A stretch of DNA of 64,000 bases from Octopus vulgaris (Eukaryota). Positions within the stretch are counted from its first letter, which is position 1, and every line of letters starts with the position of its first letter. Below are positions 26,039 to 40,510 of the stretch, one piece after another. Below the pieces are notes generated by a model. It ran no database searches and was not told the origin of the DNA. It saw nothing but the letters and a program-made list of their open reading frames with translations. The DNA lies in NCBI GenBank assembly GCA_951406725.2, contig OX597825.1, forward strand, positions 57,846,001-57,910,000, in the 5' to 3' direction. The position numbers and the translations under genes were made by a program.

Positions 26039-26445
26039 AGTATGTATATATGTATATATATATATATATATATATTGTGAAGTATATATACGAAGTTTAT
26101 ACCTCGCTCAGAGATTTATTATTGCTTATATATATATATGTGTGTGTGTGAGTGTTTGTGTGTGTGTGTGTGTGTATTCATATAGATAATACATACTTTG
26201 AAATGGATGCGTGGCGTTCAATCATATACACGTACATGTATATACACATGCATATATATATATACAGGACGTCAAAAGACGTAAACAACATAAAAACGAG
26301 AACATGAAATACAAAAACATGGAAAACGATCTCTTTTTGCGAACAACAAAAGAAACAAATAGAAAAACAAGATGGGCAACATAAAGGATAACCCCTTCAT
26401 CAGTTGTCCACAGTTTTATCTACTCCGCATTTCGGGCATTAGAAC

Positions 26446-26478
<33 letters not shown>

Positions 26479-26514
26479 TGTATGTATGTATGTATGTATG
26501 TATGTATGTATATA

Positions 26515-26602
<88 letters not shown>

Positions 26603-26638
26603 TGTATGTGTATGTATGTATATATATTCGCCATGATA

Positions 26639-26833
26639 GATCGCTAGCCACTACACATTCTTTATTTTCTCTCTTTATTTTCTCTCCTTCTTTCTATTTT
26701 CCTATCTGTGGAAGAGCGTAGGCTCGAAACATTAAAGACTTTTTCACTTCCCGAACGTTATACTAATACATCTGCTCGTTGTCTACACCACCTGTCTTCG
26801 TCTTTTGGTTGTTTTTTTTGTGAATTCTCCCCC
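26639..26833 (+). mobile_element. Penelope-like terminal module, family P1
   Basis: CTGTGGAAGAGCGTAGGCTCGAAAC at 26706. Ends GTGAATTCTCCCC-(TA)n. Confidence 0.7.
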
Positions 26834-26967
26834 TATATATATAAATATATATATATACAAATATACATACACACACACACACTCACACACACACACATAT
26901 AAATAAGTATACATTTACATATATATATCCATACATACACTCACACACACACACATACATACATACA

Positions 26968-27038
<71 letters not shown>

Positions 27039-27042
<4 letters not shown>

Positions 27043-27426
27043 GCTGTGTGGTAAGTAGCTTGTTTACCAACCACATGGTTCCGGGTTCAGTCCCACTGCG
27101 TGGCACCTTGGGCAAGTGTCTTCTACTATAGCTTCGGGCCGACCAAAGCCTTGTGAGTGGATTTGGTAGACGGAAACTGAAAGAAGCCCGTCGTATATAT
27201 ATATATATATATATATGAGTGTGTGTGTGTGTCTGTGTTTGTCCCCCTAGCATTGCTTGACAACCGATGCTGGTGTGTTTATGTCCGCGTTACTTAGCGG
27301 TTCGGCAAACGAGACCGATAGAATAAGTACTGGGCTTACAAAAAGAATAAGTCCCGGGATCGAGTTGCTTGATTAAAGGCGGTGCTCCAGCATGGCCGCA
27401 GTCAAATGACTGAAACAAGTAAAAGA

Positions 27427-27428
<2 letters not shown>
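27039..27428 (+). mobile_element. SINE group A
   Basis: Near-complete copy between (TA)n tracts. Confidence 0.9.
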
Positions 27429-27464
<36 letters not shown>

Positions 27465-27886
27465 CTATTATGTCCTTGTAAGGCTGGAATGATCTATCTG
27501 GAAGAAAATTAACAAAATACGCAAAGCATGTAAAAATATAAAAAATGAAGGAATGTCGGAATACTCCGAAACTTCTGGAACTGAAATAGACAAAATAATA
27601 AGAAAAGCTTCTATTTTTACATCGCCCTTCCCCCACCATCTTCCCACTCATGCGCCTCTTCCGTAAGAAACGACACCAAATCAGTCGGAACAAGTTTACA
27701 TCCTACAACATGACAGATCAGTTATGTGGGATGGGGAGTGGAAGGTGAGTGAGAAATGGCGGGAGAAATATACACGCTCTTACACGCAAATGTACTTGAC
27801 TTGTGCACAGACATACATACACACATATGTATGTGTGTATGTATGTGCGTATATTTACATGTTTGTGTGTATGTATATATATATAA

Positions 27887-28008
<122 letters not shown>

Positions 28009-28018
28009 CATACATACA

Positions 28019-28090
<72 letters not shown>

Positions 28091-28377
28091 TATAGTTAGA
28101 AGAAAGAAAAGGGATTAAGGCACCTACGCAGATATCAATAAATCACTCAGTTTTAAAAGAATACATATATAGATATACGTATACACACACAACACTATAG
28201 ATATACACGCTCACATGCATATGTGTGTATACATATTCACGTGTGTGTGTGTGTGTGTGTGTGTGTGCGTACGTGTGGGGGTATATACTTGAATAGATGT
28301 GTGTGTTTGAGAGACAGTATGTATATGTATATAATGTATATATGTATATGGGTGTGTGTGTGTGTGTGTGTATACAC

Positions 28378-28429
<52 letters not shown>

Positions 28430-28984
28430 TATGTATGTATATATGTGACATAAGGAGTTGGTCTGGGGGATAGAACAAATGTATTTGAATAACATTAAGA
28501 AATGTTTGTTGCATCTTCCGCTAAAATTCCTTTAGACGTCCATTGGGAAGTGTTGGGGGGTCTAAGCGCTAAGTGTTGGCTCGTAAAAGCCGACCAATGA
28601 AATGTCAGCTATTTGCCATATATGGTCATACGTTACGATAACCACAAACACTTTGGGTATGAATGGACACCTACACACATACACATACACATACCAATAC
28701 TCACACACGCACTCACGCACTCAAAGTCGCACACGCCTGCTTGGCAGATGGTGTTTTATTAACAACTATTATATCGTTATTTGTTATTATTGTTGTTGTT
28801 CTGCTATTTTTTCCCTCCTCTTTCTACAGATTTTTCTTTTCTTTTTTTCTTTTATTTTCGATTCTCCTTCCTCTTTTCGCTTTTTCGTGTCGTCCCCCAC
28901 TCTCTCTCACTCTGTAAACGCCCCCAACGTAACGTGGTAGCGGGTGTTCGCGCATGTATTTATATTTATTTCTTTACAGTTCCA

Positions 28985-29065
28985 TAACATATATAAATAC
29001 AAGCTCACAGCTCATCGACATCATAAGTCACTTCTTCAACTCAGTGATCGCTTTATATAAACCTT
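28985..29065 (+). promoter_or_regulatory. Putative core promoter of the VWA gene
   Basis: TATATAAA at about 28990 and 29054 and TCAGT at 29041, 300-370 bp upstream of the ATG in repeat-free sequence. Motif evidence only. Confidence 0.35.
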
Positions 29066-29359
29066 CTTCTATGAACCAGAGCAGCACAGTTAATAGAAAC
29101 ACGATACATTAACAGACGTTGCGCAGCATAACAATATTATTTCAACAAACACAGAAAAATATACCAAGTCACAACTACCATTACTTGCTCAGAAGAAGCC
29201 GATATATACGAATATCTTCACATATTTATAAAAATTTACATTCATTGAGCATCCAGACGAGTCAACCAAAGTTTTGACGAAAGAACTTCGTGAATCCTTA
29301 TTACTTTATCTTCTCTACAATCCACGGCGTCAGCTATAATTATCAATAATAGCATAATC

Positions 29360-29404
29360 ATGTATATTCAACGGTTTCTTGTTACTCTTTTATTCTCAAC
29401 TTTG
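29360..29404 (+). CDS. Secreted tandem-VWA protein, coding exon 1 (signal peptide)
   Basis: MYIQRFLVTLLFSTL followed by a GTAAGT donor, phase 0. Confidence 0.7.
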
Positions 29405-30745
29405 GTAAGTCTTTCACCTTTCCTTATTTTATCATTTTCTTCTTAGTTGTTGTCACATTAATTTTTTTTTTTCACGCTTTCGGTTTTATGTGTCTATGCA
29501 CTTCATTATGAATGAGTGTGTATGAGTGTGTGAACATATGCTAGCGTATATAATGTTTAACCTGTACGTATTAGTGTGTGTGTGTGAGCATGTGTGTATG
29601 TGTGGTTTGTGTATATCCATTGATACTATTATGCAATTATATATGTATGATCATTTACCATCAATTCAGTAAAAGCACACACAATCATACATTGACATAC
29701 ACACGTGCGCACACATACGCACATACATATAAACATACACATACATATGTATATACAAACATACATACATACATATATATACATACATACATGCATATAT
29801 ATATACATTCATACGCACACACATACACGCACAGACTTCCTCGAGCCCTAACGACCGTTTTTACAAGAAGTCTGAGAGCGGGAAAAGTTACAATTCTGGA
29901 TTTGGTCGCAAACGAATCTAGAGACTCAAAATTCAAAGAAACGCGGCAATGCTAAATAACAACACCATTATCACAAACAACAACAACAACAACAACAGCA
30001 AAAATAGCATCAGCTGATGCGGGAACAACGGCAGCAATGACATCAAAATCCTAATGAAGAGGCATTCTTCACGGCTTTAACGTCTAGGTAGATCACTGGG
30101 TGGCAAAAAAAAAAACATGGAACCTGCATGAACATCACATAATCTCAATTTTTTTTACACCACCCTGTGTGTGTGTGAATGTGTGTGTTTGTGAGTAGCC
30201 ATCTATTCTATGCCTATAATTAAGATGAGTGCCGTATGGCTTAAAGCCTCTTCAGGAGAATTGAGAGAAGGGATTTCGATCCTCAGCCGATGCTATCGCT
30301 TCGCTTATGTTGTTTATATGTTTGAGAATAGACTGAATATCATAACTTCGCATCACACCTTTTCCAATCCGGCTTTACCACATATTGCATTGATCTCGAA
30401 GGCAACTTTCTCCATCATCCCACTGAGGTTGGGGGGGTCGATAAAATAAAGTATCAGTCGCGTACTGCAGTCGATGATATGTTACTAAACCTTTTCCCTT
30501 CAGAATTGTTGGCCTTCTACCTAAATCAAAAACCGGTGAGCCGGCAGCAGAATCGTTATTATGCCGGATAAGATGATTAACAACATATCATCCGTCTTCA
30601 TGTTCTGAATTCAAATTCCGCCCAGGGTCGAGTTTGCCCTTCATCCTTTTAGCAACTATAATAATAAAGTAACAGCTGAGCACTGGGGTCGATGTAATCG
30701 ACACACCCAAATCCTGAAATTGCTGGCCTATTGCCAAATTTTGAA

Positions 30746-30808
<63 letters not shown>

Positions 30809-30854
30809 CAGCACTCAGCAAACGCTTAGTTGTAGAGCCAACAGCTTACATACG

Positions 30855-30906
<52 letters not shown>

Positions 30907-31255
30907 GCTGCATTGTTGTTTTACAATGCGGCATTATGACATTCTTACGACATTGTTATGACAGCTGTGTTATATTCTGTGAATGTTTTCAAAAGTTATC
31001 GATTTCTGATTGTGATACACGTATACAAACGTGTATATTAATCGACTGGAACCAATTCCAGTATTTTAATTAGTTAAGAATTCAGATTCTATCCGTCTTC
31101 TGTTTTCAATTTTATGGTCCATAGTCGGTCGTGGTCGGTCAGTCATCAAAATGAAAGACCCGTTATGGAAACTAGTATTGCGTGCCATCACATATTTTAA
31201 TCTCCAGTATGTCTAAAAGCTTTGGTCATCTCTCTCCTATGTTTGACAAGAGAAG

Positions 31256-31555
31256 ACGCGTGGCTTAGTGGTTAGAGTATTTGGCTTATGATCGTAAGGT
31301 CGTCTGTTCGGTTCCAGGTAGACACTTTACTTCACGTCGCTCCAGTTCACTCAGCTGGCAAAAGTGGGTTGTACCTGTAAATTCAAAGGGCCAGCCATGT
31401 CACATTCTGTGTCGCGCTGAACCTCCCAGAGAATTACGTCGTGGGTGCGCATGTCTGTGGAGTGCTCAGCCACTTGCGTGTTTAATTTCACGTGCAGGCT
31501 GTTCCGTTGATCGGATCAGCTGGAACCATTGCCGTCGTAACCGGCGGACCGTCAT
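31256..31555 (+). mobile_element. SINE group C variant (intron 1)
   Basis: tRNA-like head and 18-bp TSD TATGTTTGACA(A/G)GAGAAG at 31238-31255 and 31556-31573. Confidence 0.8.
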
Positions 31556-32547
31556 TATGTTTGACAGGAGAAGCCTCTACGTGATGTTTGATTAGCTAAA
31601 ATATATAGCCAAATCTCCATCAGATTACATCCATTTGTTTTCAAAATGGAAAAATCACATGCCCGAAAAACAGGACTGGTCATGGGTGGAATGGAATTCA
31701 TCAGCTCTATAATATTAGTGCTCATCGGAGGCTAGACAACAACAACATGAATTTAAGCATCTAAGCTGGGTCCTTCGTCGGTCAAATTTGATCATGATGT
31801 CTCTGCACATGTATGTTCAGCTCTGCGCGTGATGTTTTTACGAAGACGAGCAGGTGTCCAAGCATGCAAGCTTCACTCTTCCACGATAGTGATGTTTATC
31901 CAAGGAAAAGACTGCTGATGTTGGTCAATACAGCTGGGTACCAGTGTCATCGCAGACATTCCTCCTGGAACGCAACGAGTAAGACCGGATGCCATAACGT
32001 AACTTGCCCGTGCCTTTTAACAATTTCACTTGTTCACCAGGGTTGCTACTTTTTGTATAGAAAGGTATTACAGGTAATGTTAAACTCAGTAGGATTTGGA
32101 CTTACAGCGCAAAAAAATTTCGAACAAATACCGCAGCGGCTTCTATTCGATGCTCTCACGACTCTGCCAATTCGCAGCCTCAGCAAGAAGTAATGATATC
32201 GGCATATTGAGCTATCGGCTAGGTTTCGATTCATGCTTGCAGTCAGTTCGCTTCATTTAGGTACGTCAAAGCCTTTGAGAAATGCATGCCACAACAAGCC
32301 CATTCTATGTTGCTGAACTTATTACTTCGAATGAATACATTGAATTAGAAATAATCATGGATCTATATCTTGTGAACTGGAATTTCGATTTCCATTTAGT
32401 ATGTTCCCGACCACCTCAGTTCTCTGTTCTGAAAGCTGTATGGCACTCATTGCCTATTGATGGATCATGCTTCTTATGAAGGCTGTAAACAATGTTCTGA
32501 GCGAAATTTGGTTCACTTATCTATAACACATACAACACACATGCGCA

Positions 32548-32609
<62 letters not shown>

Positions 32610-33231
32610 AATGACTGGATGGACATCTATAGGGCACTGTGCAAGATGACCAGGGGAAGTTATTCGACAATATCTAGGAAAGTTGCCAGCGATGTTATCT
32701 GAATACAACTGAGGAAGTTAACTGTGAAAGACCATCATCATATCCAGCTAATAGATTACTAAATAGTATTTTTGTTGTTGTTGTTGTTGATAGTTTAGTG
32801 AATGCAGTAAGGTCAGTGGCTGCTAGGCATGCAGGCCATTTCCCTTTTTCAACATCTGTTAGTCAATGCATACACGAGAATCGAACTTAAGAAAAGTGAC
32901 CCTAGATCATGGCTGGATGAATTGGGCAACGCATTTAATCTAAACTCTGTAAAGTGCGACACTGCAAGATGTATGCGAGGAAGAAGAATAGTTATGTCAG
33001 GATTATCCAGTTAGCTAGTTCAGAGAAGTAGAGGCTGTTGTAGTAGCAGTAGAAGTAGAGGCCGAGTGATAAAACAGCACATATGTGAGCTAGGGGTTGT
33101 ACTGGTGAGCGAATATTTACCAGTCAGTTGAATGAATTCTTGATATTCCAACCTTGTTATTTACTAAATCAAATTTACATATTTGGCAGTTTGTTTCTTC
33201 TTCTAATCCTTTCTTTCTTTTTCTTGTGTAG

Positions 33232-33259
33232 ATGTTCCAGAGCAGCTTCTCCGCATCAG
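33232..33259 (+). CDS. Secreted tandem-VWA protein, coding exon 2 (28-nt micro-exon)
   Basis: A long polypyrimidine tract plus TAG acceptor and a CAG/GTAAGA donor. It encodes MFQSSFSAS and supplies exactly the phase 0 to phase 1 change needed to join exons 1 and 3. Confidence 0.65.
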
Positions 33260-33387
33260 GTAAGATAATTTTTTTTTTTAGTTTGAGTTCATTTTTGCAT
33301 CTGGGATACACTCTTTAATTTACATTTAACAGCATTGTTTCTTTTACACATACTGTATACATAAGCAGACGTACACACACGTGTATG

Positions 33388-33460
<73 letters not shown>

Positions 33461-33809
33461 ATGTAGAGAAAGGGAGCTAGAGACTAAAGGGACATGTGCG
33501 TAGCAAGCTCCGTTGAGTGCTGGTCGGAATTTAATGTCCATACTTTCTGAGTTCAATTCTTGCAGGAGCCATCTTCGCTTCTCTTCCATTCAAATTGATG
33601 AAATATATAACCAATGAAAATATCAAAAACGATCTAATTGCATATTTCCGTTTTCCCAAATGTTTGTGGCTGTTTCAGTGAGCACTTTTGTATGAATATG
33701 AATTCACAAATTTTTTGATAGAAGGTTTTAATTTAAATCATTTTAAAATGGAAATGTTGCATCGTAGAACCAAGCTCGGTCTCAGGCGGACTGGTGTCAA
33801 AAGAATGAA

Positions 33810-34014
33810 CCCTTTTATTACCATATTTAATTTGAAATACATTGCCTTTGTTTCAATTAATTTTGAAAATAATGAAGAATTTAATAAAATAAATTTTTAT
33901 TATTAAGTTAGTGTTTGCAATTTTGATGGAAGTTTTAAATTTAAATCACTTTAGAACAAAAACGTTATATCATACAATCAAGGAATAGTCTCTGGTGGAT
34001 TGGTATCAAAAGAG
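33810..34014. mobile_element. piggyBac-like MITE (degenerate)
   Basis: TGAA-CCCTTTTATTACC ... GGTATCAAAAGAG-TTAA, with a partial tandem copy immediately upstream. Confidence 0.5.
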
Positions 34015-34396
34015 TTAAAAAGACCAATACTTATCTAATACCAGTGGCTTTTTCAGCTTAACTGTGAACCACAGCTAGGTTTATTAAAACAGCAAGCTCT
34101 ACCAAGAGCTAATCTTTCTGTTTGCCTGTAGAGTGCACAGAGGAGTGATGTTGATGATTCTAGTTGCTACAATATTTTTAGAATCAGCAGAGAGAGATCT
34201 TAAATCTTACTTCTCAGCACTCAACAAGATAATATTCTACTTATTTGCAGGATCAGAACGATACAATATTTTAACACACATTAACATACATACATGCAGT
34301 TGGTGGCTTGGAGAAATGAAACTGAATTTCTTCTGTCTTTCTTTTTGTTAATTTCTTTTATATCCAGTTTGGTTTGGCAAATTGCCAGTTAATAAT

Positions 34397-35015
34397 AATC
34401 CTTTCTACTAAAAGCACTAGGCCTGAATTTTGGGGAGAGGAGACTAGTCGATTACATCGACCACAGTGTTTCACTGGTATTTAATTCATTGACCCCGAAA
34501 AAATGAAAGGAAAAGTCAATCTCGGTGGAATTTGAACTCAGATCGAAGTGGCAGACGAAATACCTATTTATTTACTACCCACAAGGAGCTAAACATAGAG
34601 GGGACAAACAAGGACAGACAAACGGATTAAGTCGATTATATCGACCACAGTGCGTAACTGGTACTTATTTAATCGACCCCGAAAGGATGAAAGGATAAGT
34701 CGACCTCGGCGGAATTTGAACTCAGAACGTAGCGGCAGACGAAATACCGTTAAGCATTTCGTCGAACGTGCTAACGATTCTGCAAGCTTGCCGCCTAATA
34801 ATCCTTTCTACTAAGGGCACAAGGCCTGAAATTTAGGGGGAGGGGACTAATCGATTACATCGACCCAAGTGCCTTACTGCTACTTAATTTATTGACCCTA
34901 AAAGAATGAAAGGCAAAGTCGACCTCGGCAGAATTTGAACTCAGAACGTAAGGACGGACGAAATGCCGCTAAGCATTTCGCCCGGCGTGCTAACTATTCT
35001 GTCAGCTCGCCACCT
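34397..35015 (-). mobile_element. SINE group B tandem cluster (three units)
   Basis: Repeated GACCCCGAAA..ATGAAAGG..GTCGACCTCGGC..AATTTGAACTCAGA units with (TAA) tails. Confidence 0.85.
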
Positions 35016-35092
35016 AATAATAATGATGATAATGATAATGATAATGATGCTTTCTTTAGCACCTGACAAAACCATATAGCATAAATCTCATC

Positions 35093-35339
35093 CAGCGGAT
35101 CTCAACCGTTCTTTGCCCGTGGACCCCCTTTGAGTCATGTTTTATTCGATTTTTATAATTAAATATTAAGAATTATATAAAATGTATTAAAATATTTTGT
35201 GTATCATAGAAGCAAAGCTGATTGTTTGCACATAATTTTTAACAACTAAATCTTATATGGGAGAGGAGACTAGTCGATTACATATTTAATATGGCCTCCC
35301 CACGCCAAGGGCCATTTGGACCCCGGTTGAGATTCTCTG
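35093..35339. mobile_element. hAT/Charlie-like MITE
   Basis: TIRs CAGCGGATCTCAACCG / CGGTTGAGATTCTCTG and internal TGGACCCC motifs. No clear TSD. Confidence 0.55.
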
Positions 35340-37974
35340 TTCTACGGGAATTGAACTCATGACCTTACAATCAAATGCCCTAACCACTAAGCCACGCGCC
35401 TTCACTATGTCAAGAATAACAAAGCAAACACCAAATATATAAAACTGATACTCCAAAAGACAATGCTGCAAAACGAAACTAAAAGCCACAAAGACCTTTT
35501 AGTTTGTCAGTTGTCTAAACATTGCAGAACATCGCCGCAATACCGATACTAAGGCGGCGAGCCACCAAAATCGTTACGACGCCGGGCAAGAATGCTTTGC
35601 GGCATTTCGTCCGTCCTCACGTTCAAAATTCAAATACCGCCGAGGTCGACTTTGCATCCCTTTGGGGTTCGATAAAATAAGTATCACTCGAATACTGGAG
35701 TCGATATAATCAACTTACCTCATACCCCAAAATTGCTGGCCTTATGTCAAAATTTGAAACAAAATATTACTGATTCTGAAAGCGATATAATGGCTGGAAC
35801 GAGTAGAGTGCGACATGAATGAAGATCTTACGGTATTTGGGCGTCGACTTTTTTACGTTCTGAGTGTACAGCCGTTTCGATTTACCTCGTCTTTCATCTC
35901 TCTCTGAAATGAATAAAATAAGTACCAGTAATCTGCTGGGGTAAGCCTAATTGATTATAATCACCTCTACAAATATGCGTCCATATAAGAAATCAATAAG
36001 AAGCCGTTTGTTTTATTATTTAAAAAATTATTTCATTACAATACTACAAGACTGTGAATCGTTCTGTGTTCGAATCCCGTTCAGGTCAGCTTTACTTTTC
36101 AACGTTCAAATCTTGCTGCAGCTTACTTGGGTGGTAGACTTAGCCCGCTGCCCGGCATAAAACTATCACCACCTTGCATCTTGGGTACCTTCAGCAGAGT
36201 TAGATCTGGTGCAAACATTTTACCCAAGCCATAAATTTGAAGATACCTTCCTCCTTCCCTCCCATCCACCAGTTTCAAAAGCACTGCGTAAAGTGACTCC
36301 TTCGCTCCTCACGTTATATATAAATATATATAAACTATTATCAATTGTTTCGTAAGGAAGCTTAAGTCCTTCCATCTTGCCCCACTTGGAGTTAGATAAT
36401 TGCTAGACTATTGTTACTGCTTTCGTAGTGATGGTGATGGTGATATGTATTTGTGTGTGTGATGAGGAGTTGTAGTAGTGCACAGCTGTAATAATAAACT
36501 CCATCACTCTGGTTACTTCTGTCTGCTGCCAGTTACAGATGTTTTTAATAGAAGTGACTTTCTCTGGTGAGTCAGTAGTAACAACAGCAGCAACAACAAC
36601 TACAAGACATCAGGTTTGCATTAAAGAATTTAACAGATAGCTACTCTATTATTATGCCCAGTACGCATAAACTGTAGCTGTGCCCTTGACGAAAAGCATG
36701 TTTGTATGGATGAACATAAGTATCATCACCTCTTTATATATCTAGGGCAAGGCCAGCCTAATAGAATTCACTACTCTTCAAGTTTTAGTAAACCCAGTGG
36801 GGTTCGAACTCAATAACGCAAACTCACGTAACATTTACACATATTTTTATAGAGTTTATGTTGATTGTAGTGATGCACTTTGCCTCCGCATGGTACATAT
36901 TTCGACTGGGTGGATCATAAACCAATAGAAATGTTGTTGAAAACTGTCTTCGTGCAGATTATTTGATATACCTGTATTTGGCTATCTTGTTCAAGTACAT
37001 GCTTCTGACCACTTTCAGTTATTTCTCTCAACTCATTTTGTTTAGTATTTAAAGTCAGCCCGGCAGAGTTTTCTGTCTGTCTGCCAGTTGATCCATCCTT
37101 CTCTTTGTCCATGCAGTACATTTAAGGAAAACTAGTTAAGCGGAGTCTAGTGTCCTCTTCATATCGTGATTTTAGGTTAAACCAGGCTAACAGAATCCAC
37201 CACGCTCGGGGTTACAAACTAACTAAAGGTACCTCAATATTTACTGTGTTGCAAGCCGGCGAGCTGGTAGAATCGTTAGCAACGCCGGGCAAAATAATTA
37301 GCGGCATTTCGTCCGTCTTTAGTTCTAACTTCAAATTCCGCCGGGGTCGACTTTGTCTTTCATTCTGAGCTCTGAGGTCAATGTAATCGACTTACCCGCT
37401 TCCTTAAAATTGCTGGTCATGAGCAAGAATCTGAAATCAATATTTACCGTGTTGCTTTTTCACCTATACGCTGTCGTGAGTCCTGAACTTTGGTTATGAA
37501 TATAGAGCAAGGATACAGTCCAGACACTAATTATTAAGTCTTCATGTTTTATATCACTCTTTAAATAAAACTTCTTCCTCATTGCACTCACTCAATCCTT
37601 TCGACATAAATTTTAATGAATGATTAATAAGTGAAATCAAATAGATATAAATACTAGAATTTGTGTATAATAGCTGTTTGTCTGTCTGCTAGAATCAATT
37701 AAATAAGACCGAGGGAAGTTCTTTGGAGATTTCAAACTAGAAGCAAACTTTTGAATTGTTGTTCAAAGAATTTCACTTCAGATTTTTCAAAGGCATGAAT
37801 ATCACAGCTTCCATTTCCTTTTCTCTCATGTGGATCATTAAAACTATAACTCGGACTCTATGTGTTTAGCCTACATCTTCTATCAACGAAACATCCACAC
37901 ACACATACACACAGACATACACATACACTAAAGTATATACACAGACTGTACTAAATAACATTCTTTCATTTCAG

Positions 37975-38040
37975 TTCCTTACAAGAATGTCAAGGACTTA
38001 GAAAATGACAGTTACGTGAACAATAACCCAGGAAATTCTG
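37975..38040 (+). CDS. Secreted tandem-VWA protein, coding exon 3
   Basis: TTTCATTTCAG acceptor and G/GTGAGT donor. 66 nt, phase 1-1, encoding (V)PYKNVKDLENDSYVNNNPGNS. Confidence 0.7.
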
Positions 38041-38494
38041 GTGAGTTGAAGACTTTTGTTCTCCATATCCATTCCAGTATTGTATGCGTGTATATATATC
38101 TTTGCAATTAGTGTTCATGTGCTTCGTCTTGGACAATGGATACTCGTGTCACAGTGTGTATCCACGGATGTTTGTGTGGTATTGCTGTCTATTTTTGTTG
38201 TGTTAGTTATTATTCGCCATTAGAATTTTTAGGGTTAATACGGTTTTAATGACTTGAATAGGAACAAAGGAACAACGTCAACTCTTTATCAAGACCAGAT
38301 CCGAGATATTGACGATACAGATGTTGTAGGTCAGGGGAGATAACTCTCAATCTATTTTAGAGCTCGTATTGTTTACGGGTTCACAGATTGGCGGAGTTCA
38401 AATTTGAAGTTCCTTTTAGTCGATGGATAGGAAAAGAGGAATTTTATTTTTTTCATTTATTTTTGGTATTCCTGTGCTTTATACAACGGAAATA

Positions 38495-38909
38495 TGATCT
38501 TTTCGGTTTAAACGGCAGTTTTTTAAAATAATTTCCACGTAACTAAACACTTTTAAACTTCGTATACTGGTAGAATGTGTTTATAAAACATCTTTTTCTC
38601 TTGGCTTTATTGAGAAAATTCTATAGTTTGTAACATATTTGTTGTTTTTTTCTTCAATTTCGGCAATTTCAACCAATCAATGACGTCTATTGAGGTGAAA
38701 ACATTCTGTGCCGTATGAATATGTCCCTGGTTTAAGAAACAGATTGGGTTTATTTACATTTGTGAAGAAAAAAGATACCCTTCCCCCCACCCCTAACCCT
38801 GACCCTAAAACAGATTGAAATACAATAGATCGATACTTGGGTCATAATTATGGGTGACAATTTTGTATGACACCGCGAGAAAAAACTGCCGTTCAAACTG
38901 AAAAGATCC
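38495..38909. mobile_element. Non-autonomous TIR element, Merlin-like
   Basis: ~28-bp TIRs GATCTTTTCGGTTTAAACGGCAGTTTTT / AAAAACTGCCGTTCAAACTGAAAAGATC, an 8-bp TSD (C/T)GGAAATA, and internal CCCTAA-like units. Confidence 0.7.
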
Positions 38910-39436
38910 TGGAAATAACATCTCTGTAAATAAAAATTATTTTCCTAATTTCTACATTAAAAAAAAAAAATTTATATTTTACTCCTCACTTCTGTAATAT
39001 TTTCCTTTCCCACGGTTATGCTGCCCCTAGTTCAAAAAATTGCCTGAAGATTTATAAATCAGCGTTCAAATCCTTTTCACCAAGGTCAAATTTAGGTATA
39101 CACTAAACATTTAACAACTAAAAGCTCTTACTTTTCTGAAACATCACACAATATTTTTTCTAGTCATTACTATTTTATATGAATCTATATTTAAGTAATA
39201 ATTTAATCCAAATTAGCTAATTAATTAATTAACTGCAATTGACATTGACAAATTAGACCCATAAGTTTGTATGATTCTGTTATTTTATAATTATGCAAAA
39301 AGTGGAAATTCTTAGTAGAATTTGTTAATGTTTTCCTTTTTTTTTGATTAACAGTTCCCAAATTAGGACTGGATAGAAGTGACATTTCGAGCTTTTTTTT
39401 TGTTTCTGTACGAAATCCCTTTTGTTTGTCTTTCAG

Positions 39437-39706
39437 CTTGTCCAGGAGGGAAAGCGAGTGATGTGATGATATATTTGGATCTTTCAAAGTATTTGACCAA
39501 GGAGGAATTTAATGTTCAACTCCAACGAGCAGAGCACATGGTTAGACTGTTCCGCAATTTCAAGACAAACGATAGGAAATACAACCGGATTTCAATCTTT
39601 GCTGTTTCTGAAAATCGAGTTCACACAATTGTAAAATTCAAGAAAAACGGCAAAATTGGGACCATGTACACTGAGGAACTCGCAAACACCATACGTAAAC
39701 TTCACA
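39437..39706 (+). CDS. Secreted tandem-VWA protein, coding exon 4 (VWA1 N-half)
   Basis: TTTCAG acceptor and A/GTAAGT donor. 270 nt, phase 1-1. CPGGKASDVMIYLDLSKY...RISIFAVS fits the VWA beta-A and beta-B strands. Confidence 0.85.
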
Positions 39707-40510
39707 GTAAGTATATTATTAGTACTGGACACAGTGGGCTGGGTGGTGGAAAGTATGGATTTATGTGGCAAGATATTCTGTAATTTAATACCTTATATAC
39801 ATATGAAATCACATCCTTTCTTCACCGCACCATACTCACCATCACATCCTTTGTTCACCCCTTCCCCTGACACACCAGCAAAGCCTTTGTTCACTGGTGA
39901 TTCTTATGGAAGCAAAGATTAAGCAAACCATAACACAAAAGACTATCTAGAAGTCTTCAATTGTTTAATGGCTTGCAAATACATTGAATCTCCATAGCCT
40001 GCTAGCAGATTATGGTGCCAAACTGAAGCCAAACTCTGGTCTAGTGTATCAGCTGATCAGAAGTAAAATTTCCTACAAGTTACATACTATTTCCTGACTT
40101 TCAGAAGTAAGTCTCTATAGAATAAAGGTTTTGGGTTAGAAACACAGCAAAATACCTGCAATGAATTTGAACTCATGGTCTAAGGGCTGGTATTTCAACA
40201 CCTTACTGAGTCAACAAGCTCCAGTAATATTCCAAATTGCAAAATTCTTATTTTCATTGAAAATATTCTCACATCCCACCAGAATGGAAATGGATGGCAG
40301 AATTAGTAAAACACCAGATAAAATGCAATGACGTATTCGGTCGTGTAGTTCTGGGTTCAAATCCACCGGGACTGATTTTGTCTTTCAAACTTTTGGGTTA
40401 GAATTAAGATTGAATAATCAAATATCTCAGTTATTCCTCTTCCACTATAAATATGTTACTTACAGTATTATAAGAACCTAGTAATTTCTCATCTTTTCTT
40501 CTTTTTACAG

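Noticed and set aside
30230-30262. Minus-strand CUGAAGA-GGCU(UUA)AGCC hammerhead-like start
   Set aside because: It is followed by AUAC instead of GAAA and has no stem I or III.
31770-32480. Possible decayed LINE RT C-terminus (minus strand) or ORF 31813..32193
   Set aside because: Only faint similarity by eye with no diagnostic motif. It needs a translated search.
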